Shown here one piece after another: positions 10,101 to 20,500 of a stretch of DNA of 32,247 nucleotides (position 1 is its first letter; every line of letters starts with the position of its first letter). The stretch lies in contig LWCA01000327.1 of the NCBI GenBank assembly GCA_001642005.1, positions 1 through 32,247 of the forward strand, given 5' to 3'. Position numbers and translations under genes: made by a program. The DNA is from Intoshia linei (lineage: Eukaryota > Animalia > Orthonectida). Below the pieces are notes generated by a model. That model had not been told where the DNA came from and searched no databases. It saw nothing but the letters and a program-made list of their open reading frames with translations.

Positions 10101-13100
10101 ATCTAATATGTATTAATATAGTCGTATTCATTAAGAAACTAACATTGCATTAGTAATGTGCCCAAAAATACAACGGTGATCACATAAAAAGGCTCATAAA
10201 CGGGGTGGGATTGTATAATTATTAATTAAATGTATTGTAGAAATTTCGATAGAATATTCAATTATAAGCGTTATATTTTAGATAAAGAACTTTATAAGGA
10301 TTTACCAAATTTTTTGTACCGTGTCGCTAATTTTGAATTAAAGAGGCTTAAAAATTATGCAGATGAAGCTACAATTGTATACATACCACAGGTAATAAAA
10401 TGTAAATAAATAAAATGATAATACATAAAAAAATATTTATTTATTGAAAAATAAAAAAAATTCAAATTATTTAGATGGGATACATACTAGCTATCAAACA
10501 AAAATCGGCAACTGATAATGAAAAATTAAACAGATGTGAAGACCTTGATTTGATGGTAAAATAATTGATATTTACAGGTTAATTCTAAAAACATGAAAAT
10601 CACGTACTGCAAGAAAACGTGTCAGGGTACAACATAATTTAGTCTACATCAGGGTTCTCAACCTTTTTAGCCTTCTTAACCAACTCTCAACATATTAGTA
10701 TTAAAAACTTTTTGAGAAGCTCTAATCTAAACAAAAAATAAATAAATAATGAATTAAGCCTTGCAGGTTTCCTGGTTTAAATGTTTAAATATTTAATCAA
10801 CACCAATAATAATATTTGATAGTTCATGTTTGATGGGATAATGCATTTTCGAACAAAGAGTACTAAAAGTAAATTCAGTTTTGTTTATTTAATTTTTTAC
10901 ACATTTATAAGTTAAAAAATTATAATTATTTATGTTTAGAGTTAGATGAAATACTCGGAGACACTATTTGTCAAATACAAGGTATATTTAATATTATATT
11001 TTTCGAAAAGTTTAATTATTAACATTTGTTTTATTATGTAGCTTCATATTTTATGATATTCTAGATCAGGGGTTTGCAAAGTGGGCGATACCAACTGAGA
11101 GAAGTGGGACGATTGAGGCGCTATTTTTAAAAATGATCAATAAAATTTTTTCTAAATTTTATTTAAACGAAATTTAATTCGAATTCAATCTTGGATAGAG
11201 TAGTAAAACTGATGTGTATACTACGTACACTATACGTCAGTGTTTTTCAACCGGGGTCGCGAGAAATTGAAAATTTTATGAAGATATTTTTATTATTAAT
11301 ATAATATTGACAGTAATAATGTAACGGAAATATTTTTAAATTCTGGCATACAATTTAAATTTTAAAATATTGATATAATGTTTGTAACATATAGAAACAT
11401 TTGTATGTTTATAAGGGTCGTAAACACAAAAAGGTTGAAAACCACTGCTATACGTACGTTGGTTTTTTAGTGATACGTTCATTGTTTGTGATTTTTGTGT
11501 TATGTACGGTGTTATTAAAAATCATTTGTTAAATTTTGAAAACACCTTGTATTCGATTTTTAATGGTTTTCAATTTAGATTAAATTTTAATAGATGTATA
11601 ATATACATTGTATATTAATTCAATTTAGAAATTGAAATTAAAATAATTAATAAATTACAAAATACAATATTAAACGATATTGAAATAGTTTTAAAAACCT
11701 TGCATTTCATTGCAGAAATTGATTGGTATATAATTATGAAAATTTAATAAATATCCGGACAAATCCTAATCGCAGACTTCTTGTCAAGGGGTCTCGACAA
11801 AATTTTTATAAAATAAGGCATCATTTTTCCAAATTAAGAATCATCACAAAAAAAGATAATTTTCAACATCACTATTGTCGAATCCAGTCTAGTAGGAACA
11901 GTGGCGGGTCTAGGTGGGGTGTAGGGCCANNNNNNNNNNNNNNCCCCCTGGCGTGAAAAATGTGCCCCTAAAATATTTTAATTTGTGTATTAACATTGTG
12001 AAAAATTTAAAAAATTTTCTAGAATCCATCGTTTACGTTTTATGTATATGTTACAGTCCGTTTGAAGAATTTCATTTAGTTTTGAAAATATTCGATATTT
12101 GTTTATTTTTACCAACCTTTTTGTGAAAAATCCACTTTTTCCAACCATTTAGAAAAAAATCCAATTTTACCAACTCTTTTGAGAAAAATAATGATTATCT
12201 ATAATTAATCTATGTATTATTTTTGATGCTAGTAACATCAGTTTAATTTAAATTATCGGATTTAACGTTGTTCATAATTGAAACAGAATAGAAACAGAAT
12301 AATAACTTATTATGCATTGTTTGCAATTTTTTTAAAGGACCTTTTTGATTTTCAGGGCCGGAGAATGAGGTCCTACTTTGATCAGGGGTAATATGTTAAC
12401 TTTTTTTAAAGAAATATAGATATATTAATATGGTGTAATTTCTTTGTGTGAAAGTTTTCAATGGGGTAATTTTAAAAATAATAAGTAAGCGAAAAAATTC
12501 ATTTTTGTTCAATAGCGTTATTCATACATATATATTATTAAAATTAGCGTTTCCTAACTGGTGATCCGCATTTTTTTTTTAAATCGAAGAATATATATAA
12601 AAATTTTTAAAAAAACACACTTTTTGGAACACAGAAGAAATTAGTCAACCTTAGTTAACCACTATGTTAAAATTTAAATTAAATATTTAATTATTTACTT
12701 TCCACAACCAAAAAAAAAATTTGGGAAACGCATATTTATCTGATTCAATTTATATATAAATATTTATATATCTAGTTGCATATCTTTCAGCATATGCGCC
12801 AAAAAATATAACTATGTAATGCCTCTATTTAACAATGAAAATAAGATGAAAATTCTGCAAGGAAGGTGCGACGATATTGCATACGCTCGTTCTAACATCA
12901 AATCATTTAGACATCCGATTGAAGAATTTAACAATACGTTTGTTTGCAATGATACAACATTTAATGAAAATTCGGATAGAGTTTACGTCATAACGGGACC
13001 AAATTCTTCTGGAAAAAGTATTTATATGAGACAGGTCGGTTAATTAAATTATATAAAAATTAAGATTATTATTGTGAATGTAAACGGCTGTGAGTCACAA

Positions 13101-15423
13101 ATTGTGACGACTTTGTATTACCCTAATTAAAATATATTTTTTATAATAAAAAAGCTTAAACTAGAATCCATTAACATTCTGATGTAATATAATATGATTT
13201 GGCGGCTTAACGTGAAATATAAATGACTTTATGAAGCCCAACTTTAGTAAATACAAATGTTTAAGCTAAGCACAATTATTTTTGAGACATTTTTTATTTT
13301 AAATTTTCATTTTAGATTTATTTAATAAATTATATGGCTCATATTGGATCTTTTGTACCTGCTAAATATGCAAATTTGAGCTTGCTCGATGGTATATTCA
13401 CTCGCATTCAATCGATGGAATCTGCTAGCTCAAACATGTCTGCATTCATGAATGATTTATCTCAAGTTTTTTTATTTTTCAAATGTAATTCATAGGGACA
13501 CTGTAGTGTTACATACACATTAAGAAACAACAGGGTAATTTTAAGTTCGGACTGGCTCTAAAAATTGAATATTTTCAAAATTAAGTTAAATATTATATGA
13601 TTGAGGCCATCAAAGGATATTAAATTGAAAAAAATAACAATTTTTTAATTGTCTTAATTAAAACGAAAGTCTAGTACCAGAGTCTAACTACATGTCTTAA
13701 TCTAAATTACCAAATGAGATATGACTTATAAATTATAGTAATATGTATAATATTTATAATGAAATATAAATAAAATACAGTTATATATTTTTTAAATAAT
13801 GTTTTTCTGAAAAAATTATCTAAAGCTTCGTTCAAAGTGTGACCCATAATTTTGATATTGCGACATTAGATCTCCATTTTACATAATAAATTTTTTGGAT
13901 CGCATTTTCTTAAAGCAGTATATTATGTATATATAAATCACATTTAAAAGCATACAAATTAGTATATTCTAAATACAGGTCAGTAACGCTTTAAACAATT
14001 CCACAAAACATAGTTTAATATTGATTGACGAATTTGGACAAGGGACTTCAGCGGTAATTTCAATGTTATCACTTTAGAATTATATTATTTATATCAATAA
14101 TTATAAAAATAATTTTAAACTCTTGATTATAAATATTACATACGCATATATTTTGTATAAAAATAGACAAATTTAGATTGACGGTATGGCTCTATTATCG
14201 GCATGTATTGAAAATTGGACTAGTATGAAAAATCAATCACCATTTATTTTGATATCCACGCATTTATATCAAATTTTGCAAAGAAAAATTTTAAATAAAA
14301 CAAATTTTATTAATTTCTGCGTATCTTTTTATATATTTTAACTAACGTACCTACTTGATAGAAAATGGAAACATGTTTGGATGAAAATGACGACATTGTT
14401 TATTTATACAAATGTGTTAATGGCATTTGTACAGAAAGTAAATGTTCTAATGTTATGAAAACTTTAAATTTTGATATTTCTATAATCAAAACAGCAGAAT
14501 TGGTATCATTTACAATGTTAACAATTAATTTAATTTGTGTTATATTAATTCAAGATTCAATAATTATTATAATCAAACATTTCAAATGTACGTGTATTTT
14601 ATTTTATATTACGCATTTTTTAGATTTATGAAACATTGAAAAATGGAAAAACTCCTTCCGAAATTTTACTAAATGAAAAACACCTTGAATATGTTCAAAA
14701 GTAATTTTAGAATGAACATTATTATTATAATCTAAAGCAGTGTTTTCCAACCTGGGCGATGCGAAAATATATAAAAAAAAATATATATTTTTAATTTTTT
14801 TCAACAAATTAAATTTTCAATTTTATCAAATAAAAAAAAATTGAATTAAATTGAACGATAATTAATTTATTAAGAGTTTAACATTTTAATTTTTTGTTTG
14901 TTAACATTTGCGTAAAGAATTTTAAAAACAATTGTTATCCCATTTTTTTAATTTATTAGACGAATGTGTGTATAATACTAAAAATAAAGTAAAAACAGTC
15001 CAATCCTAAAAATTGTCATAAATAGCATAAATTCCAGAAAAAATAAAATTAAGAAACCTATTTTGTCATTTTCAATGTGATGACATATATTCAGTATCAA
15101 TTTAATAAATAAATCCTAAAAATTGTCATAAATAGCATAAATTCCAGAAAAAATAAAATTATAAACTATTATGTATTTTCAATGTGATGATAATTTAATA
15201 AATACTTAAAAATACCAATTATGTATCAATAATTAACGGAATCTTATCTTATCTCGAATATGCTTTATCAGAATAATCTTTTTTTTAATTTTCGGTTTAA
15301 TTATTTTATTCATTTAGATTTGAAGAAATTATCAAAACTGCTTTGAAAGATAGGGAGATAAGAATTGATACATTAAGTGATTTGTTAAAAGAAATTGAAA
15401 ATTCATTAAATTGGAGCGATTAA
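4111..15423 (+). CDS. MSH5: MutS homolog 5 (meiotic crossover factor), ~27 exons
   Basis: Phase-consistent exons: 4111-4152, 4303-4426, 4699-4773, 5966-6004, 6076-6200, 6657-6766, 7019-7054, 7095-7186, 7223-7268, 7335-7463, 7543-7605, 7647-7715, 7816-7872, 8139-8229, 10282-10391, 10475-10555, 10823-10868, 10940-10981, 11629-11725, 12776-12865, 12911-13034, 13316-13465, 13979-14053, 14177-14320, 14362-14502, 14624-14700, 15318-15423. Motifs: GRHP, Walker A ITGPNSSGKSIYMRQ, MAHIGSFVPA, IFTRIQSMES..SAFMNDL, Walker B LILIDEFGQGT, DG.ALL, ISTH. The MSH5-typical VYIPQMGYILAI and LDEILGD are present, and there is no mismatch-binding N-terminal domain. Confidence 0.92.
5130..5430 (+). repeat. Degenerate ~120-135-bp tandem repeat (TTTTGACNNTGAAGATG core), related to 15660-15970
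   Basis: Core motif at ~5141, ~5277 and ~5395, and again at ~15663, ~15792 and ~15926. Confidence 0.45.
8517..9866. mobile_element. hAT-type MITE (middle layer)
   Basis: ~32-bp imperfect TIR (CAGGGATTGGAAATAATTGATTGTAATCAATT / AATTGGTTGCAATCAATTAATTCCAATCTCTG) with a perfect 8-bp TSD ATTATTTT (8509-8516, 9867-9874). Confidence 0.88.
8902..9482 (+). mobile_element. Internally deleted pogo/Tigger transposon (inner layer)
   Basis: 24-bp TIR CAGTGCACCCCTCTGATAA(T/C)GAAC with a TA TSD. The remnant frame 9158-9379 encodes a CENP-B/psq HTH (KRIRLTYKEKNELI...QRDLDEKYQISLGTVNTILK) fused to a C-terminal KKSIVDFL. Confidence 0.93.
11238..11447. mobile_element. hAT-type MITE
   Basis: TIR CAGTGTTTTTCAACC / GGTTGAAAACCACTG with a perfect 8-bp TSD CTATACGT. 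A related single end lies at ~16158-16182. Confidence 0.92.
11899..12190. mobile_element. MITE-like fragment with a CAGTGGCGG..CTAGG end, spanning an assembly N-gap (11930-11943) and ~30-bp repeats
   Basis: GC-rich CAG-starting terminus typical of hAT-like MITEs. No matching right end was identified. Confidence 0.4.
14900..15244 (+). repeat. Dispersed repeat copy 1 (inverted relative to 17050-17351), with an internal ~110-bp tandem duplication
   Basis: GTTAACATTTGCGTAAAGAATTTTAAAAACAATT...CCAATTATGTATCAATAATTAACGGAATC is the reverse complement of 17050-17351. AATCCTAAAAATTGTCATAAATAGCATAAATTCCAG occurs at ~15002 and ~15112. Confidence 0.9.
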
Positions 15424-16333
15424 ATTGTACATCTATCCATTTTATCCTAAAATTTTAATAAGAGACAATACTATGTATATTATACATTGTTGTTATACAT
15501 TGTATAACCTGTGGTTATTAACCACCATCAAAAATTATTAAATTAAATAATAATTATTAAATTGAATTAATTAAAATTTCTTATCGGCACATCCTTTAGG
15601 AAACATAATAGGACTTATGAAAATAAAAAAATACTAAAAAAATATATGAATACTAAAATACTTTTTTGACCATGAAGTCATGACTTATTCGGATTGAAAT
15701 TTTTTGTGTGTGTTAACAGGATACAACCGTACCTCCTGTAAATTTATTTTAAATTATAGAGCTGTTTTCATTAAAAAAAAATAATTTGCGGTTTTGGCCC
15801 TGAAGATGTAATTTTTTTTAAATTTAAATTTATGATAATATTTATGATTTTAAAATCCGTATCAGCGTATATATTTTTTTAAATTCTTCAACTGGTTTGA
15901 TTTTCAAAAAGAAGGACAATTGGGTTTTTGACCCGTAAGATGTGAGTTGGGAGGTTGAAATTTATCTTATTATATGTCCCAGAAAAAATTGTAATTGAAA
16001 TGTGGACTTTATAAAATTCAAAGACTGGTACTTATTGAAATAAAGTGGAACACACAAACAAAAAAATATTGTGTAGCATATTATACGTATAAGTAAGGAT
16101 AAAATAAATAAATATATTTATAAAATTTGCAAATTCTCACGACCCCCTAATAAATTTCGCGACCCCCGGTTGAAAACCACTGATGAAATACATATTAATG
16201 TACAAACAGTGAAGCTAGATGTAATATTATTTATCCACTATCCACATACAAATATATACATTATATAGTATATATGATTATATTGAATATATTATTCATG
16301 TACTAAGTAGTATATACTTAGTTATTATTCTAA

Positions 16334-16882
16334 TTAAATTTTGGAACATTTCAAACTAAAACTGTAAATGAACAATTTAATGTTTCAAAATTTCCAATCT
16401 TTTTGTTGATGTGCCTAATAGCAAGTACAACAAGCTTGAATAAGAATCAAAATACAGGTACAGTGAAAGAAAAAGTACATGCAGCTCTATTAAAACCTCA
16501 AATCTACTATTCTCTAGTTTTATCATGCGTAATTATCAGAATATTAGCATACATTAGAGATTATTTATTTGGCGTAAGATTTATTGTTAATCACAATGAA
16601 TATTTGGTCATCGTGGAAATTGTTGCATTTAATATTCTTGCAGTATTCATCCAATGTATAAAGTCAATAATTAGCAATGCTTTCATTATGTCTCAACAAT
16701 ATTTATTGTATAAACTTTTGCTCGAGGTTGATTTTTATTGGATAACTTGGATGTTATTCATTTATCAATTTGAAACGTTTACATTTACACCGATAGAAAA
16801 ATTGAACATTTCTAGTTTACGCAAGAATTTGAAAGTATTTAATGATTTTGGATACCTGTTGAAGTTTTTCAAAAATTTTTAA
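16334..16882 (+). CDS. Orphan ORF, predicted multi-pass membrane protein (first ATG 16409)
   Basis: 182 consecutive sense codons in ~75% AT DNA, with three to four hydrophobic stretches. The antisense frames are full of stops. No family was recognised. Confidence 0.5.
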   Translation, partial: LNFGTFQTKTVNEQFNVSKFPIFLLMCLIASTTSLNKNQNTGTVKEKVHAALLKPQIYYSLVLSCVIIRILAYIRDYLFGVRFIVNHNEYLVIVEIVAFNILAVFIQCIKSIISNAFIMSQQYLLYKLLLEVDFYWITWMLFIYQFETFTFTPIEKLNISSLRKNLKVFNDFGYLLKFFKNF

Positions 16883-17049
16883 ATGAAAATAATTTTTTTT
16901 ATTGTTTCTAATTAAATCTTAAAATATATTATTCTAGTTTACGCTAATTTGTTATTTTTTTCCTAAATTCATAGAATTATCATTTTTATATTTATTACAA
17001 TCATTTGCAATATTGGTAAAATTCGACTGAAATATGTTTATAAAGTGCT

Positions 17050-17351
17050 GATTCCATTAATTATTGATACATAATTGGTATTTTTAAGTATTTATTAACA
17101 GATAAATATATTATCACATTGAAAATGACAAAATAGGTTTTTATAATTTTATTTTTTTTGGAATTTATTGCTATTTATGACAATAATAGGATTGGACTGT
17201 TTTTACTTTATTTTTAATATTATACACACATTCTGTCTAATAAAATTGGACTGTTTTTACTTTATTTTTAATATTATACACACATTCTGTCTAATAAAAT
17301 CAAAAAAATAAGATAAAAATTGTTTTTAAAATTCTTTACGCAAATGTTAAC
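17050..17351 (-). repeat. Dispersed repeat copy 2, with an internal 54-bp tandem duplication
   Basis: Reverse complement of 14900-15244. ATTGGACTGTTTTTACTTTATTTTTAATATTATACACACATTCTGTCTAATAAA is repeated in tandem at ~17191 and ~17245. Confidence 0.9.
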
Positions 17352-17525
17352 TAGTTTGCTTAGGATATAAGTTATTTACTGACCTAACTTAGGACAATTT
17401 AATGTAATTTGAAAATTAATTTTCTTTCTATATATATATTTCTAGGGCAACTGTTTATTGAAAATCGATTTATTCATAATTTATTTTTTTATAAATTATG
17501 AAATTATAATACACATTGATAAAAA

Positions 17526-20500
17526 ATGGCATCAGAAGATACAAATTATGATGAAAAAAAACTAGGTTAATTAAATTTAAACAAAACTAACATAACTTGT
17601 AGTTTAGTTTTTAAATAGTGTCAGATGTTTTTCTTAATTTACATTTTGACTCATTGATCTTAACTCAAGATGATCAAGTTTTTAAATACAACTTGATATG
17701 ATCAAGTATTGATAATTGTACATTTTAAAATAGTAAAAATCAAGTAGATATCTCACTACTTTGATTTCCATTACATTTTTTTACAAATTATTATATATAT
17801 TTTATACCCATCTAGCGGAAAATTTTCATGATTTCTGTTTAAATTGTGATCTCACAGAAATCAATCCTGAGTGTAGTGAAAAAAATATGGACAATCAAAA
17901 GTTTAATCAGTATGATGAATACAATTATGGTATCTATGAATTAGATAAATGCGGTATATTTGAATTGCAATTTACAACTAAAAATTTATGCTTGTTTTGT
18001 ATTTATATTTTACTTAGACATAAATTTTGACGATAAAATCAAATCCATTGAACATTCCTTTGTAAATGAAAATTCATCCGATGAGAATGATAAAATTAAA
18101 ATTAACCCAGATTATGATTTGCAAGTTCACAAAAATGACTCGAATGAATCCTGTAGATGTGATAATTTGGACGTTGAAACAAAAAATGAAAGTCAGCTCA
18201 ACTATGAACTTGAATACAGACTTGATGCGCCAACTTCTTCAAATACCACCATTAAACAAGAAATTTTGACATATCTAAACCAAAATCAATCTTATGATAT
18301 CACACTTAATCGATCTCCAAAATTGAAGAATCGTAGTATACGGGTAAATTTTTTTTTTTTCAATTTTTAATCTTTATATTCGATATCGTGTACAATGTAC
18401 AATTTTTAAATTTACAAAAAATCAATTTCAATATTTTAGAGTGTATTACGGGTTATGATGCATGAACGTAGTCAGCAATATTTAAGTATTGAACATATGC
18501 AATCATGGCAAAAATTGCGACCCGGCCAAAAATTTTTCAATATTGATTTCCGATCTTGTCAAGGAATTAAATCTTTAGTATCACCTGATAACGAAGTCAA
18601 TAATATGGAGTTTGAATGGCTTACTGCAACTAACCAGGTTTTTTATTTGTTTGAATAATACATTGTACATTCATTGTCTTCCTTTATATCGTTTTCTTTT
18701 TTCTGCATTTAAATTTTAAAATAATAAAATAAAATATTATGTATAAAAGCAAACATTAATGTTTATATCATGGGATGCCAAACTTTTCGATCGCCAAAAT
18801 TAGAATTTATTTTTTATTTTAATAATACTCGTCATTAAAATGATCTCTATTTTAAAACAATTTCTTTTAATATTGATAAAATTTAATTTTATGTATATAT
18901 TGTTAAAAATTAGTTAATTATATGTGGAGTGGGTACCGGAACTATATTTATTTAACCTCTCTAGCAATTTTATTAAATGATATACTTGCTACATTAAATT
19001 ATAACATTTGGATTAGTCCACTATTTCTTATACTAGGTTTGGCGGCTAAACTTTGGCCAATAGTTTTCAAATATTTAATTTTTATGTTTTCTATCATCAT
19101 CGAATTTAATTTTTAACATACGTTCCGATCAGAAACATTTTTCTAGTCAATGTATTAATCGATCGCATTAAAAAACGGTTGGGCATCACTGGTTTATATC
19201 ATTTTTATTTAATAACAGAGCCGAACCTAACCAGTACCAGACCACGAAAATGAAAAATAGGCCCCTAAAAATTTTTTATAAACGATGAATAGTATCATAC
19301 CCTAACTACCTATATATGGCTCTTGACACAAAATTTTAAATTTAACTCACAAAATAGTTATTATATTCAGGAATATAATTTTTTAATGATCAATTTGGAA
19401 AAATCAGGGGCCCATTTTACAATACAAATTACTTACTAAAAATATAAGGAATTCAATTAAAATTGTTTTATGTGGGACATATTAACCGCTAAACTGGACT
19501 TGTTTTTATTGCAGTGTGATTTAAAAAAATAATAATATCCACATATTTAATGGGTTTTGAACGTTTTAACTAATGTATTAATCTACAGCAGCGTTTTCCA
19601 ACCAGTGATTTGCTAAAAATGGAAGTTTATTAAAATACTTCCGAAAATCACTCCCACCATTGAGTTAAACTTTAATATAATCTACCACATTTACCGGCGT
19701 AAGAATAAGATGGTTGGGAAGCGCTGATCTTTAATAAAATTTAAATTTAATAATTATTTTATCAAAGGTGAGTGTTTCTGTTCGTATTCATTGTGTTAGT
19801 ACTGAATTTACTGCTAAAAAGCATGGAGGTGAAAAAGGAGTTCCATTCAGAATACAAATTGAAACCTATATCGATGATAAATTCATTCATTGTGCATATT
19901 GTCAAATTAAAGTTTATAAGGTATTTACATTATTTTTTTTATTTGGTTTATTATTATTATTCATATTTTGTAGAATTTTTGCATCGGTAACTGAAATAAT
20001 TATCAAAATTAGAAATTAAACGTCATTTTGTTCTTAATTAGCATATTACTTTGTTAATATTAATTTTATTTAACATTTATTAGGAATGTTTTGAACAAAA
20101 TTACAAATAAATTTGTAAAGTCGAGAAAAAAAATTTAGGAAAAATAAACATAAAAACATTTACCCATTTTTAATTTTAAAAGTTTTGACGCGCAACTTTT
20201 CTTTTTTGCTATTTTCATGTAATTTCGCTTTGAAACAAGTTAAAATAATTTTAAAATTTTCTCAAATGCTGAATTTTATGTTATATTAATCTGTTTGGAG
20301 TTTCAGTCATTCTGAAGAATGAAAAATAGATTTTTTCAATAATTGTCGGTAAAAGTGAATTTTTTCTATAAGGAAAAGTTGGTAAAAGTGGATATTGAAA
20401 AAATTTAAAATTAAAAAAAATTTTCACTTTGTTTGAAATTGCAAAACGACTGAGACTCTAAGCCGATGGTAAAACATACATTAACCCATTAACTGATTTT

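Larger units (their letters stand above)
8251..10213. mobile_element. Tc1/mariner-pogo-type non-autonomous element (outer layer of the nest)
   Basis: Ends TA|CAGTCCAACCCCG and CGGGGTGGGATTG|TA form a 13-bp TIR with 2 mismatches, flanked by a TA TSD. Confidence 0.7.

Noticed and set aside
11723-12126. ORFs spanning the N run
   Set aside because: They are intronic MITE sequence crossing an assembly gap.
12752-12771. 20-bp palindrome ATATATAAATATTTATATAT
   Set aside because: It is low-complexity A/T-only sequence, expected by chance at this composition.
14738-16182. A single hAT element spanning the last MSH5 exon
   Set aside because: The two CAGTG-type ends have non-matching flanks (ATCTAAAG vs ATGAAATA), so they are more likely ends of separate truncated MITEs.
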